From: Ottowia sp.
Lineage (GTDB): Bacteria; Pseudomonadota; Gammaproteobacteria; Burkholderiales; Burkholderiaceae_C
Direction: 5' to 3'
DNA: 64,000 nucleotides
Assembly: GCF_047975795.1 (NCBI RefSeq)
Contig: NZ_JBKEEE010000028.1
Coordinates: 17,372 to 81,371, forward strand
Part shown: positions 44,421 through 54,625 of the stretch, piece by piece
Position numbering within the stretch: the first letter of the stretch is position 1
How the letters are laid out: each line of letters opens with the position of its first letter
Notes under the pieces: model-generated
Told to the model about the DNA's origin: nothing
Database searches by the model: none
Seen by the model: the letters and a program-made list of their open reading frames with translations, nothing else
Position numbers and translations under genes: made by a program

Positions 44421-44969
44421 TCAAGCCTGTCGTTGAAACCATGTCAACATGGCATCGACAAATTTCTGCATGAATTCGCGGCTGGCCGGGCCGATTTCGC
44501 CGTCCACCACCAGCCCTTCTTTCCATTGAATGAACATCTCAGGTGTGGGCAGCGTGGGGGCACTCTGTGCCGACAGCACATTGCGCAAATGCTGCTGCGC
44601 CAGCGCCGTGCCGATGGGGCCGCCCGCCACGCCGCACACGGCGGCGGGTTTGCCGTTCCACACGCTCTGGCCCCAGGGGCGCGAGGCGTGGTCGATGGCA
44701 TTTTTCAGCGGGCCGGGGATAGACCGGTTGTATTCAGGCGTGACCAACAGCACCCCGCTGGCGGCCTTGATTTCCTGGCGCAGGCGCGTGACCTGCGGCG
44801 CGGGCTGGGCATCGTCATCCTGGTTGTACAGCGGCAAATCGTCAATGCGCACCCAGGTGGTTGCCACTTCAGGTGGCAGCAGCTTGGCCAGTGCCTGGGC
44901 AAACTGGCGGTTCCACGACTCTTTGCGCAAACTGCCGACAACGATAGCGATGGTGGTCGAAGTGCTCAA
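44421..44969 (-). CDS. NAD(P)H-dependent FMN reductase (ChrR/YieF-like)
   Basis: VGSLRKES.N, LPLYNQD, TPEYNRSIPG.LKNAID. Confidence 0.93.
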   Translation of the reverse strand: MSTSTTIAIVVGSLRKESWNRQFAQALAKLLPPEVATTWVRIDDLPLYNQDDDAQPAPQVTRLRQEIKAASGVLLVTPEYNRSIPGPLKNAIDHASRPWGQSVWNGKPAAVCGVAGGPIGTALAQQHLRNVLSAQSAPTLPTPEMFIQWKEGLVVDGEIGPASREFMQKFVDAMLTWFQRQA

Positions 44970-45036
44970 GTAGGTTTCTCCTTCAAGTTAATTTTTCAAA
45001 ATAAGGGGCGGCGCACACAAAGCCAATACAGCCAAC

Positions 45037-47349
45037 TCAATCCAGCCATGAGCCGGGTTGCAGGTGCGCAATGTCAGCAATGCCCGCTTCTTCGGCCACG
45101 GCCATCAGCGCATCCACTTCGATACCATGCGCGTATATGCTGCGCATGTGCAGCAAATCAAAGATGGGCAAGATCGCCATTTCCCGCACCATGCGGTCAG
45201 CATGCTGCCACAGCGCCAGCAGCAAAGGCGTGCCAGACTTTAAAGCCCGCATGATTTCGCTGCCGCCTGCGCTGCATGCATCGCGCAAGCAGTGCCCGAT
45301 GTAGCGTGCGGTCACAGCGTCGCCTTCAGATACGCTTTGCGCAAAGTCCTTGGCCAGCTGCTCGATGCGCCGTCCGCGTGGTTTAAGTTTGGCGTGACCA
45401 TCGCTGTCTTCCAGCGGGCTGCGCCACGCCACGGCTTGGCGCACAGCTTCGGGCACTTCTTCCAACGGCAGCGGGGTCACTGGATTTTTGCCATACCAAG
45501 GTTCAACCAACGGGTCAGTGCCCGCCGCAAACCGGTATAGCGCCACCGCTTCAGCCTGCGCGCCCGCCGCCAACGCCTCGGCCGCCATGGCAGCCAGCAC
45601 GGGAATGTCTTCAACGCCCAGCGTCACGTTGTAGTACGGCTGCGTTTCAAACCAGGCCCCCATCCCATGGGCTGCCCGCAGCGTGGCGTGCCAGGCGCGC
45701 AGCCCATTCAGCACCGGCGTCGACAGCGGGCCGACCACCGGCTGGGCCAACGCTGCGTGCGCAATCTGCATCCGAGCGCCCGCACGGGTAACGACAAAGC
45801 CAGGCACCAGATCGTCACCCGGCAGTGGGTTGTAATCCAAATCCTTGTCGCGCAGAAACTGCTCGCGCACCATGCGCATGAAGCGTTGCCAGAACAACTG
45901 TTCCTGCCCTGCATCGCTTTGCGCCAACTGGGCAGCCTGGCGGGCTTGCTCAATCAACGGCAGCAGATAGGCCGGCACGCCCAGTCGCTCCAACGTGGCG
46001 TTGTCGTGCTGGGCGACCAGCGCGATCAAATCGTCTTCATTACCCCAGCGCCAGTGCGGGCTGGCCTCGCCTTGCAGCCGCCAGGCGACGTTCTGCGCTT
46101 TGAACAACAACCGCAACTCTTCAAGTGCGTCACCGGCGACATGGGCTAACGTAGATTGCAGAAAATAGATGTCTTCCAAAAACAGCCTGCGCTCTTTGGG
46201 GTTGATGCTGCCCTGGCCCAGCGGCACTTCTTGCCCGGCTTCAGCGGCAGGCAGGTCGATCGCCAGCCGGGCATCGGCGCCCTCGGCGGCGCGCGCCAGC
46301 AACGTGGCCGCCCATTGGCGGTGCCGCACCGCCGTTTTGGCGTCAGGCGGTTGAATCCCTTTTTTCTTCAGCTTGTCATGACGTGGCGGGTTGGGGTCTT
46401 CACCTCTTGACCATGCCACATGTGCACCACCGGCTTGCCGCAGCAGGCGCGTGTGCAGATCGTTCCAGTCGCCAATGGCGTCAAAGGCCGTGCCGATCTT
46501 GACGGGGCGTTTCAAATCCTGTCCTGCCGTGGCCACGGCCCACAGCCGGTCGCCTTCGGCCAGGTCGCCCGCAGCGTAGGCACTTTCGGCCAATCGCACG
46601 TATTGAATGTGCGCGCTGAAACCCGCTTCCGCCAGCACACGGTACAGCGGCTCGTATAAGCCATAAGCGCGCGTTTGCCAGCAATGATTGGCGCAAGTCT
46701 CCAACGCCAGCACCGCCAGCTCGCGAATGGCAGGTTCAGGGTCAGCCACCAACGCCATCAAGGGTTTGCCCACCACGGCCATCATGCGGTCGGCAGCGGT
46801 GGAATGCCAGCTGCGCAGTTGGACTTCGATGAACTCGGCCACCTTCAGCCGCTCCAGCGGGTCGGCGTCGCCCGCGCTTTTGACCACGCGTTTCAAGATA
46901 CCCGTCAGGCTGGTGCTGCGCGGCGCGCCTTCCAGGCTGCGTGGGTCATACGGATGCCCCGGCGTGTTCACTCCTTGATACAGCGACGAGCTGAACAGCA
47001 GACCGGGCCACGCCGCCGCCCAGGCGCGCACCTCTTTGTCCATGTCGTGCCGATGCAACGATACATTCGTGCCGATGCCGCAGGGCCAGATGCGGTTGAT
47101 GCGGCCATCCACCCGGTGGCCAAAGCGCCCCTCGCACTCGTGCGCGTACAAAGCAGCCAGTGCGCCGGTGACGAACAGCAGCGGCGCACTGGCGTGGCCT
47201 TGCACCTGCGCTGTGCCCACTTGGCACATCAGTTGACCATCATCAGCCACGGCAAGCTGCATCCGCTCAGATGCATGGTCATCGCCCCAGTGCACGTGTG
47301 CAAATTGATTCAACAGGTTTTCGAGCAGATGTGTTTTTTGATTCTTCAC
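45037..47349 (-). CDS. Hypothetical 770-aa helical protein with internal duplication
   Basis: Long uninterrupted ORF; HEAT-like and TPR-like segments; two diverged copies of a ~250-aa unit. Confidence 0.8.
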   Translation of the reverse strand: MKNQKTHLLENLLNQFAHVHWGDDHASERMQLAVADDGQLMCQVGTAQVQGHASAPLLFVTGALAALYAHECEGRFGHRVDGRINRIWPCGIGTNVSLHRHDMDKEVRAWAAAWPGLLFSSSLYQGVNTPGHPYDPRSLEGAPRSTSLTGILKRVVKSAGDADPLERLKVAEFIEVQLRSWHSTAADRMMAVVGKPLMALVADPEPAIRELAVLALETCANHCWQTRAYGLYEPLYRVLAEAGFSAHIQYVRLAESAYAAGDLAEGDRLWAVATAGQDLKRPVKIGTAFDAIGDWNDLHTRLLRQAGGAHVAWSRGEDPNPPRHDKLKKKGIQPPDAKTAVRHRQWAATLLARAAEGADARLAIDLPAAEAGQEVPLGQGSINPKERRLFLEDIYFLQSTLAHVAGDALEELRLLFKAQNVAWRLQGEASPHWRWGNEDDLIALVAQHDNATLERLGVPAYLLPLIEQARQAAQLAQSDAGQEQLFWQRFMRMVREQFLRDKDLDYNPLPGDDLVPGFVVTRAGARMQIAHAALAQPVVGPLSTPVLNGLRAWHATLRAAHGMGAWFETQPYYNVTLGVEDIPVLAAMAAEALAAGAQAEAVALYRFAAGTDPLVEPWYGKNPVTPLPLEEVPEAVRQAVAWRSPLEDSDGHAKLKPRGRRIEQLAKDFAQSVSEGDAVTARYIGHCLRDACSAGGSEIMRALKSGTPLLLALWQHADRMVREMAILPIFDLLHMRSIYAHGIEVDALMAVAEEAGIADIAHLQPGSWLD

Positions 47350-47543
47350 AAAGTCTTTTCAAAGTGGTTCGCTGCAACACGCAGCTCGCTGTTTGGCGTT
47401 CGTTTTGCGTTGACCCTGACCCGTTGGTGCGCTCGCCATTATGTCGGCAGCTTGATGTACATAAAGCTTTGATCGCGCAGGGTTTTGCCAATAACGCGCC
47501 AAGGCGTATAAACCATCTCACCACAATCAGGAGACATCACATC

Positions 47544-48101
47544 ATGGCCATTGTTGAAAAAATTCACCATGTCGCTTACCGCTGCAAGAACGCCAAGGAA
47601 ACCGTTGAGTGGTACGGCAAATACCTCGACATGAACTTCATTCTTGCCATTGCCGAAAACGAAGTGCCCTCAACCAAAGAGCCAGATCCGTACATGCACA
47701 TCTTTTTAGATGCCGGTGGCGGCAACGTGCTGGCTTTCTTTGAGCTGCCCACCAAGGCCGAGATGCTCGCCCCTTCAGACGCCAACACGCCCACATGGAC
47801 GCAGCATCTGGCTCTCAAAGTCGATTCAATCGACACCATGATGAACGTCAAAGCCAAACTGGAAGCCGACGGCATTGCCGTCGTCGGCCCCACCGACCAC
47901 ACCATTTTTAAATCGATTTACTTCTTCGACCCCTCAGGCCACCGGCTGGAGCTGGCCGCCAACACCTCTACCCCGCAAATGGACAAGGCGCTGGACGACG
48001 TGAAGTGGGACATGCTGAATGAATGGGATCAAACCAAGAAAGCCCCCGCCCACGCCCGCTGGATGCACGACGGCAGCGGCAAGGTGGGCACGCCCCACTG
48101 A
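47544..48101 (+). CDS. VOC/glyoxalase-family protein
   Basis: IHHVAYRC, PDPYMHIF, QHLAL, SIYFFDPSGHRLEL; AGGAG RBS. Confidence 0.92.
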   Translation: MAIVEKIHHVAYRCKNAKETVEWYGKYLDMNFILAIAENEVPSTKEPDPYMHIFLDAGGGNVLAFFELPTKAEMLAPSDANTPTWTQHLALKVDSIDTMMNVKAKLEADGIAVVGPTDHTIFKSIYFFDPSGHRLELAANTSTPQMDKALDDVKWDMLNEWDQTKKAPAHARWMHDGSGKVGTPH

Positions 48102-48262
48102 GAGCGCGTTCAAAGTCTCTGCACGGGTGTGTGAGTGCGGCCTCGGGCGGTCTGCTGCGTTGCAAATCCTCGCGATACCGCCAGGTATCGCTGCGGTTTG
48201 CGCCTTACAGCCCATCCCGATCCGCATCCCACACCCCTCACGCTGAGGCGTTGAACACGCTC
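48102..48262. mobile_element. 161-bp MITE with 12-bp TIRs and TGA target duplication
   Basis: GAGCGCGTTCAA / TTGAACACGCTC (11/12), flanked by TGA (48099-48101, the VOC stop) and TGA (48263-48265); nested internal inverted repeats. Confidence 0.85.
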
Positions 48263-48325
48263 TGAGATTTGATTTGTCGAATTTGTGCGGCGGCTTGACG
48301 GGCGCAATCAATACCCGCGCCAATT

Positions 48326-49213
48326 TCAACCACCTGCACGCCCCAGCTCGGCCAGCACGCGGCTGATGGCCTGCCGGTCAGGCGCATCACCCGCTTCACG
48401 CAAGTAGAGTGCCAAATCGGCCTTGGCCATGCCCGACATGCCCAGCCGCGCCAGCGCCAGGCCACGCTCGCGATATTCGGCCCAGGCATCCGGCAGCAGC
48501 ACGATCAAACGGTCTTGCACCGCCACCAGGCGCGGCCAATGCGCCGAGGTGCGGTGAATGTCCTGCAAATTACGCAGCATGCGCGCCAGCATCTGCCGTG
48601 GCGACGCGGGCTGCAAAAACAGGCGCAGCAGCGCATCGGCATCCACATCCGTATCCGCGCCGTCCACCACAGGTTTCAGACGGGGATGCAACTCGTCCAC
48701 GCGCGCGCGCAAATCACTGCGACCGAGCGACTGGCCGGTAAAAGGGTCGATCACCACCCAGCCGCCACCGCCCTCACCTTTGTCAACACGCACCTGCACT
48801 AGAAAATGCCCCGGAAAGCCCACGCCTTCGGCCTGCAAACTCAGGCTTTGGGCCATCTCCAGCCACAGCACGGCCAGCGAAATGGGGATGCCGCAGCGGG
48901 TGTGCAGCACCCGGTGCAGGTAACTGTTGTCGGGGTGGTAATAGTCGTTGACGTTGCCCGCAAAGCCCAGTTCGGTAAAGAAATACTGGTTCAGCACTTG
49001 CAGCCGGTCCATCACGCCATTCACACCTGCGGCTCGCCGGTGCAACCGGGCCATCAGTTGATCGACTTCGCCCAGCACCTGTTGCACGTCCAGCTCAAGG
49101 TGTTCGTCCTGCGCCAGACAAGCCGCCGCCTCCAGCAGGGGCAACTGCACATCGTCCGCCACCAGCGCAGCAAAATACTGCAAAGGCGTGGGAACGGTCA
49201 GAACAAGCGACAT
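48326..49213 (-). CDS. SirB1/YchA-family (transglutaminase-like + TPR) protein
   Basis: FAGN..DYY.PDNSYL..VL..R.GIPISL, FPGHFL, ERGL..ARLG. Confidence 0.9.
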   Translation of the reverse strand: MSLVLTVPTPLQYFAALVADDVQLPLLEAAACLAQDEHLELDVQQVLGEVDQLMARLHRRAAGVNGVMDRLQVLNQYFFTELGFAGNVNDYYHPDNSYLHRVLHTRCGIPISLAVLWLEMAQSLSLQAEGVGFPGHFLVQVRVDKGEGGGGWVVIDPFTGQSLGRSDLRARVDELHPRLKPVVDGADTDVDADALLRLFLQPASPRQMLARMLRNLQDIHRTSAHWPRLVAVQDRLIVLLPDAWAEYRERGLALARLGMSGMAKADLALYLREAGDAPDRQAISRVLAELGRAGG

Positions 49214-49257
49214 GGGCAGGATTCAAGGCAGTGGCACGCAGCGTGTCAACCGGGCAT

Positions 49258-50811
49258 TCATCGGCGCAGCAATTGCCTGAGTTTCAGGCCACTTGCCAAC
49301 AACGCACCAAAATAAATCGCGGCCGCCCCCGCCACCATCAACGCCAGCAAGCCTGCGCGTGGCCACGCTGGCAAGCCCAGCCAATCGAAATGGCGTGCTG
49401 ACCACAGCAAAAACCCGCTCATCAGCACCGTCGCCACCACCGTCTGCGCACCAAACTTCCACCACCCGCCTTGCGGCCGGTAGCTGCCGCGCCGGATCAG
49501 GCCCACCAACAGCCACAGCGCGTTGATCAAGGCTCCCAGGCCGATCGACAGCGTCAGCGCCGCATGCTGCAACCACGGCACAAAAATGGCGTTGAAAACC
49601 TGCGTCAGCACCAGCACGGCGATGGCAATGCGCACCGGCGTGCGAATGTCCAGACTGGCGTAATAGCCCGGCGCCAGCACCTTCACCGCCACCAGCCCCA
49701 CCAGCCCTATGCCGTACATGGCCAGCGCCAGCGCCGAGCGCTGCACGTCGTCGGCGCTGAAGCGACCGTGGTGAAACAGCGTGGCCAGCAGCGGCACGGC
49801 AAACGTCAGCAGCGCGGCGGCGCACGGCAGCGCCAGCAATACCACCAAGCGCAAACCCCAATCAAGCATTTGCGAATAGCGCGCTTCGTCACCGCTGGCA
49901 CGGGCAGCGGCCAGTTGCGGCGTCAGCACCACGCCCAGCGCCACACCCAGCAAGGCGGTAGGAAACTCCATCAGCCGGTCAGCGTACCAAACCCAGGTGA
50001 CGCTGCCTGCCGCCAGGTGCGAGGCGATTTGCGTGTTGATCAGCAGTGACAGTTGCGCCACCCCCACGCCCAGCAGGGCAGGCAGCATGAGCGTGAGCAC
50101 CTGCCGCACGCCCGCATCGGCCCAGGCCGTGCGAACGCGTCTCCAGCTCAAGCCAATGCGCGGCAGCAGCCCTCGCCGCTTCAGGGCTGGAATTTGCACC
50201 ACCAGTTGCAGCACACCGCCCAGCATCACGCCTGCGGCCATGGCGTAAATTGGCTCCAACCCCAGCCGCGCAAACCAGGGTGCGCCCAACCAGGCGGCGG
50301 CAATCATGGCCAGATTCAGCAACACCGGCGTGGCCGCGGGCAAGGCAAAGTGCTTCCAGGTGTTCAAAATGCCGGCCGAAAACGCCACCAGCGACATGCA
50401 GCCAATGTAGGGAAACATCCAGCGCGACATCAGCACCGCAGCATCAAAACTGCGCGCATCCAACCCGCTGGCCAGTGCCCACACCAGCACCGGTGCACCC
50501 ACCACGCCCACCACGCAGGTCAGCACCAGCACCCATGCCAGCGCCGTGCCCACAGCATCAATCAGGTGTTTGGTGGCCTCTTCGCCATCACGTGCTTTGC
50601 TGGCGGCCAGCACCGGCACAAATGCCTGGCTGAACGCCCCTTCGCCAAACAGGCGGCGCAGCAAGTTGGGAATGCGAAACGCGACGTTGAACGCATCAGT
50701 CAGCCCGCTGACGCCAAAAGCCGACGCCATAAGCAAATCGCGCACCAGCCCCGTGATGCGCGACAGCAGCGTCAGCAAAGAAACAGTGGAAGCGGCTTTG
50801 AACAGGCTCAA
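49258..50811 (-). CDS. murJ: Lipid II flippase
   Basis: SRITGLVRD, AFRIPNLLRRLFGEGAFSQAFVP, YADRLMEFP. Confidence 0.97.
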   Translation of the reverse strand: MSLFKAASTVSLLTLLSRITGLVRDLLMASAFGVSGLTDAFNVAFRIPNLLRRLFGEGAFSQAFVPVLAASKARDGEEATKHLIDAVGTALAWVLVLTCVVGVVGAPVLVWALASGLDARSFDAAVLMSRWMFPYIGCMSLVAFSAGILNTWKHFALPAATPVLLNLAMIAAAWLGAPWFARLGLEPIYAMAAGVMLGGVLQLVVQIPALKRRGLLPRIGLSWRRVRTAWADAGVRQVLTLMLPALLGVGVAQLSLLINTQIASHLAAGSVTWVWYADRLMEFPTALLGVALGVVLTPQLAAARASGDEARYSQMLDWGLRLVVLLALPCAAALLTFAVPLLATLFHHGRFSADDVQRSALALAMYGIGLVGLVAVKVLAPGYYASLDIRTPVRIAIAVLVLTQVFNAIFVPWLQHAALTLSIGLGALINALWLLVGLIRRGSYRPQGGWWKFGAQTVVATVLMSGFLLWSARHFDWLGLPAWPRAGLLALMVAGAAAIYFGALLASGLKLRQLLRR

Positions 50812-50973
50812 GATTGGACGGGATCGGGGTGAACGCATCCAGGATGCGCACTGAAAAAGCATCAAAAGGCGTTGGCGGGCCTTGCAAAGCCACACCACCG
50901 ACCACGACGCGCATTGTCACCCATGCGCGGTAGGCACCGGGTATGGGATTCACATTTCGAGGGCAAGGTCATT

Positions 50974-51321
50974 ACCTACTTTGCTGATCGCTTGCGCGAA
51001 AAGCTGGCGCTGGACTTTGCGCGCAGCAACCAGCTTGAAATAGTGAGCGGCCAACTCACTGGTCGGCTTGTAGCGCAAAGCTGGGGCGACATTATGGACG
51101 GTGCCATGAAGCGCCAAACCCTGCTGGACGTGTGCAGCCTGATGGGTTGCACACCCGCACAGGCCATCGCCGTCGGTGACGGTGCCAACGATCTGGACAT
51201 GATGGCCGCTGCCGGGCTGCCGGTGGCCTACCACGCCAAACCCAGGGTGCGCGAACAGGCCAGCGTGCGCATCGACGAAGGCGGGCTGGAGCGGCTGCTG
51301 GAGGTGTTTGGGGCGCTTTGA
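50974..51321 (+). pseudogene. serB: 3' half of phosphoserine phosphatase
   Basis: TYFADRL..LDFARSNQLEI..GQLTG, K, AVGDGANDL.MM..AG..VAYHAKP; HAD motif I (DMDST) and the N-terminal half are absent. Confidence 0.88.
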
Positions 51322-51354
51322 CGGTGACCTGAATCCAGCAGCTATGCTCACCGC

Positions 51355-52089
51355 ATGAGCATGCAACCCCTGCCCCCGATGGAGCTGACCCCTGTACAAG
51401 CCCGCGTGCTCGGCACGCTGATGGAAAAAGCCCGCACCGTGCCTGACACCTACCCGCTGTCACTCAATCTGGTGCTGACCGGCTGCAACCAGAAAACCAG
51501 CCGCGAACCGGTGATGGACGTGACCGAAGCCCAGGCGCAAGAGGCGCTGGATGACCTGAAAGCGCTGGGCCTGGTGATCGAATCACACGGCAGCCGCGTG
51601 GCCAAGTACGAGCACAACTTCCAGCGCACGCTGGGCGTGCCCGAACAATCGGCCGTGTTGCTGGGCCTACTGCTGCTGCGCGGGCCGCAAACGGCAGCGC
51701 AACTGCGCACCAACGCCGATCGCTGGTACCGCTTTGCCGACATCTCGTCGGTGGAAGGTTTTTTGAACGAACTGGCCGATCGTCCCGACGACAAAGGCGG
51801 CCCGCTGGTGCTGCACCTGCCGCGTGCGCCCAGCGAGCGCGAGGCACGCTGGGCGCACCTGCTCTGCGGGCCAGTCGATGTGGCGGCAAATGCGTCTGGC
51901 TTGATGGCTGATAGCGCTGACCCGGCAAGCGCTGGGGGCCAAGATGACCGCATCAGTCAACTGGAAACCGAAGTCGCTGAACTGCGCCAGCGGCTGGACA
52001 ATCTGTGCGCCGAGCTGGGCCTGTCGCCGGGCGGACGGGCCGCAGGTGGCGAGCATGCTACAACCGCGCATTCCGAGGAGACACACTGA
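51355..52089 (+). CDS. YceH/DUF480-family protein
   Basis: [47 protein letters not shown]. Confidence 0.92.
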   Translation: MSMQPLPPMELTPVQARVLGTLMEKARTVPDTYPLSLNLVLTGCNQKTSREPVMDVTEAQAQEALDDLKALGLVIESHGSRVAKYEHNFQRTLGVPEQSAVLLGLLLLRGPQTAAQLRTNADRWYRFADISSVEGFLNELADRPDDKGGPLVLHLPRAPSEREARWAHLLCGPVDVAANASGLMADSADPASAGGQDDRISQLETEVAELRQRLDNLCAELGLSPGGRAAGGEHATTAHSEETH

Positions 52090-52090
52090 C

Positions 52091-53299
52091 ATGGACTTGG
52101 CATTCACCCCTGAAGAGATCAAATTCCGCGACGAAGTGCGCGCCTGGGTCAAAGACCACCTGCCTCAGGACATTGCCAGCAAGGTGCACCAGGCGCAACG
52201 CCTGTCGCGCGATGACATGCAGCGCTGGTCGAAAATTCTGGGCCAACAAGGCTGGCTGGGCTACGGCTGGCCCAAAGAGTTTGGCGGCCCCGGCTGGACG
52301 GCGGTGCAAAAGCACCTGTTCGAGGAAGAATGCGCCATGGCGGGCGCGCCGCGCATCGTGCCTTTTGGCCCGGTGATGGTGGCCCCCGTCATCATGGCCT
52401 TTGGCAACGCCGAGCAGCAAAAGCGCTTTCTGCCCGGTATCGCCAGCGGCGAAGTGTGGTGGAGCCAGGGCTACAGCGAACCAGGTTCTGGCTCTGATCT
52501 GGCCTCAGTGCGCACCCGTGCCGAGCGCCAGGGCGACAAATACATCGTCAACGGCCAGAAAACCTGGACCACGCTGGGCCAGTACGGCGAGTGGATGTTC
52601 AACCTGGTGCGCACCAGCACCGAAGGCAAGCCACAAACCGGCATCAGCTTTTTGCTGATCGACATGAAGTCGCCCGGCGTCAGCGTGCGCCCGATCAAGC
52701 TGCTGGACGGCGAGCCTGAAGTCAACGACGTGTTTTTCGACAACGTCGAGGTGCCTGCTGAAAACCTGATCGGCGAAGAAAACAAGGGCTGGACTTATGC
52801 CAAGCACCTGCTCAGCCACGAGCGCACCAACATCGCCGACGTCAACCGCGCCAAGCGCGAGCTGGAGCGCTTAAAGCGCATTGCCAAGGCTGAAGGGCTG
52901 TGGGACGAGCAGCGCTTTCGTGACCAGATTGCGCTGCTTGAAGTCGATGTGGTGGCACTCGAAATGCTGGTGCTGCGCGTGCTGTCGGCTGAAAAATCGG
53001 GCAAGAACCCGCTGGACATTGCCGGTCTGCTGAAAATCAAGGGCAGCGAAATCCAGCAGCGCTACACCGAGCTGATGATGCTGGCCGCTGGCCCCTACAG
53101 CCTGCCCAGCATCTTCGAGGCCATGGAAGCAGGCTGGCAAGGTGACCAGGCCGCCGTGGCAGCACTGCAAGGCTTTCCGGGCGGCAACGTGGGCCACGCC
53201 ACACTGGCCCCCACCTACTTCAACTACCGCAAGACCACCATTTACGGTGGCTCCAACGAGGTGCAGCGCAACATCGTGGCGCAAACTGTTTTGGGCTAA
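52091..53299 (+). CDS. Acyl-CoA dehydrogenase (PimC-like large subunit)
   Basis: WSQGYSEPGSGSDLA, NGQKTWTT, TIYGGSNEVQRNI. Confidence 0.93.
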   Translation: MDLAFTPEEIKFRDEVRAWVKDHLPQDIASKVHQAQRLSRDDMQRWSKILGQQGWLGYGWPKEFGGPGWTAVQKHLFEEECAMAGAPRIVPFGPVMVAPVIMAFGNAEQQKRFLPGIASGEVWWSQGYSEPGSGSDLASVRTRAERQGDKYIVNGQKTWTTLGQYGEWMFNLVRTSTEGKPQTGISFLLIDMKSPGVSVRPIKLLDGEPEVNDVFFDNVEVPAENLIGEENKGWTYAKHLLSHERTNIADVNRAKRELERLKRIAKAEGLWDEQRFRDQIALLEVDVVALEMLVLRVLSAEKSGKNPLDIAGLLKIKGSEIQQRYTELMMLAAGPYSLPSIFEAMEAGWQGDQAAVAALQGFPGGNVGHATLAPTYFNYRKTTIYGGSNEVQRNIVAQTVLG

Positions 53300-53346
53300 A
53301 GCCCCCACAACTGGACATGCCCCATTAAATCGAAGGTAGACGAGAC

Positions 53347-54462
53347 ATGGATTTCAATTTCACAGACGACCAACAGGCCCTGCGCGACGCCGTTGCCAGG
53401 TGGGTAGAAAAAAGCTACGGCTTCGAGCGGCGCCAGAAAATCGTCGCTGCTGGCGGTTTTGATCGCGCCGCCTATGGCGAGATGGCCGAGCTGGGCCTGA
53501 CGGGCCTGAACGTCAGCGACGAGCATGGCGGCCTGGGGCTAGGCCCGGTCGAAGCCATGGTGGTGATGGAAGAGCTGGGCAAGGCCATCGTGCTGGAGCC
53601 GCTGGCGCAAACGCTGGTGTGCGCCGCCGTGCTCTGTCACTACGCCCCAACCGATGTCAAAACTGCGTGGCTGCCAAAACAAGCCAGCGGCGAAGCCCTG
53701 GTGGTGCTGGCCCAGCAAGAGCGCAAGGCCCGCTACCACCTCGATGTTTGCGAAGCCAAGGCCGTCAAGTCTGGCGCTGGGTATGCCGTCACGGCGCTTA
53801 AAAACATCGTCCCCGCAGGCGATCAGGCCGACGCCTTCATCGTCCCGGCGCAACTGGACGGCCAGATCGCCCTGTTCTTGGTGGAGCGCAGCGCAAAGGG
53901 CGTGCATACACGTGGCTATTTGACGCAAGACGAATCGCGCGCTGCCGATATTCAGTTGGATGGCGCCCCCGCCACGCTGATCACCACCGAAGGGCAGCAA
54001 GCCCTGGCGCTGGCCGTGGATGCAGGCATCGCCTGCGCTTGCGCTGAAGGCGTGGGCGTCATGGAGCGCTTTGTCGCCATGACGGTGGAATACATGAACC
54101 AGCGCAAACAGTTTGGCGTGTCCATTGCCAGCTTTCAGGCCCTTCGCCACCGCGTGGCCGACATGAAAATGCAACTGGAGCTGGCGCGCAGCATGAGTTA
54201 CTACGCCAGCCTCAAGCTGGGCGCACCCGAGGCCGAGCGCCGTCAGGCACTGGCCCGCGCCAAGGTGCAACTGGGCCAATCCGCGCGCTTTGTGGGTCAG
54301 CAAGGCGTGCAATTGCATGGCGGCATTGGCGTGACCGACGAGTATGCGGGCAGCCACTACTTCAAAAAGCTCACCCAGTTGGAGATGACCTGGGGCGACA
54401 GCCTGCACCACCTGGGCGAGGTGAGCGATCGCATGACCGAAACCGCAGGCGTGTTTGCCTGA
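53347..54462 (+). CDS. Acyl-CoA dehydrogenase (PimD-like small subunit)
   Basis: RKQFGVSIASFQALRHR, QLHGGIGVTDE; paired with upstream ACAD. Confidence 0.92.
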   Translation: MDFNFTDDQQALRDAVARWVEKSYGFERRQKIVAAGGFDRAAYGEMAELGLTGLNVSDEHGGLGLGPVEAMVVMEELGKAIVLEPLAQTLVCAAVLCHYAPTDVKTAWLPKQASGEALVVLAQQERKARYHLDVCEAKAVKSGAGYAVTALKNIVPAGDQADAFIVPAQLDGQIALFLVERSAKGVHTRGYLTQDESRAADIQLDGAPATLITTEGQQALALAVDAGIACACAEGVGVMERFVAMTVEYMNQRKQFGVSIASFQALRHRVADMKMQLELARSMSYYASLKLGAPEAERRQALARAKVQLGQSARFVGQQGVQLHGGIGVTDEYAGSHYFKKLTQLEMTWGDSLHHLGEVSDRMTETAGVFA

Positions 54463-54499
54463 AAGATGCGCGAACAGCGCGCTCATCCACTCACCGCCC

Positions 54500-54524
54500 A
54501 AGCCCGCACTTTGTGCGGGCTTTT
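54500..54524 (+). terminator. Intrinsic terminator
   Basis: AAGCCCGCAC-TTT-GTGCGGGCTTTT. Confidence 0.8.
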
Positions 54525-54625
54525 GCTTGCCGGCCAGTGTTGGCCTCAACAGCTTCTGGCGCGAATCTGCGCATCGCCCTGTAACTCATACCTCAATCCA
54601 CGGGGTTTCCCCCTAGGATGACGGC

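Noticed and set aside
50872..51321. Intact 149-aa SerB-like gene from TTG 50872
   Set aside because: The first ~34 codons are unrelated to SerB and motif I is missing; treated as a fragment.
53757..53810. Possible 11th motif copy in the second acyl-CoA dehydrogenase (minus strand ACGATGTTTTTAAGCGC, peptide TALKNIV, same frame as trmH)
   Set aside because: The left half matches the trmH copy at 16/17, but the right half needs a 4-nt shift; not counted.
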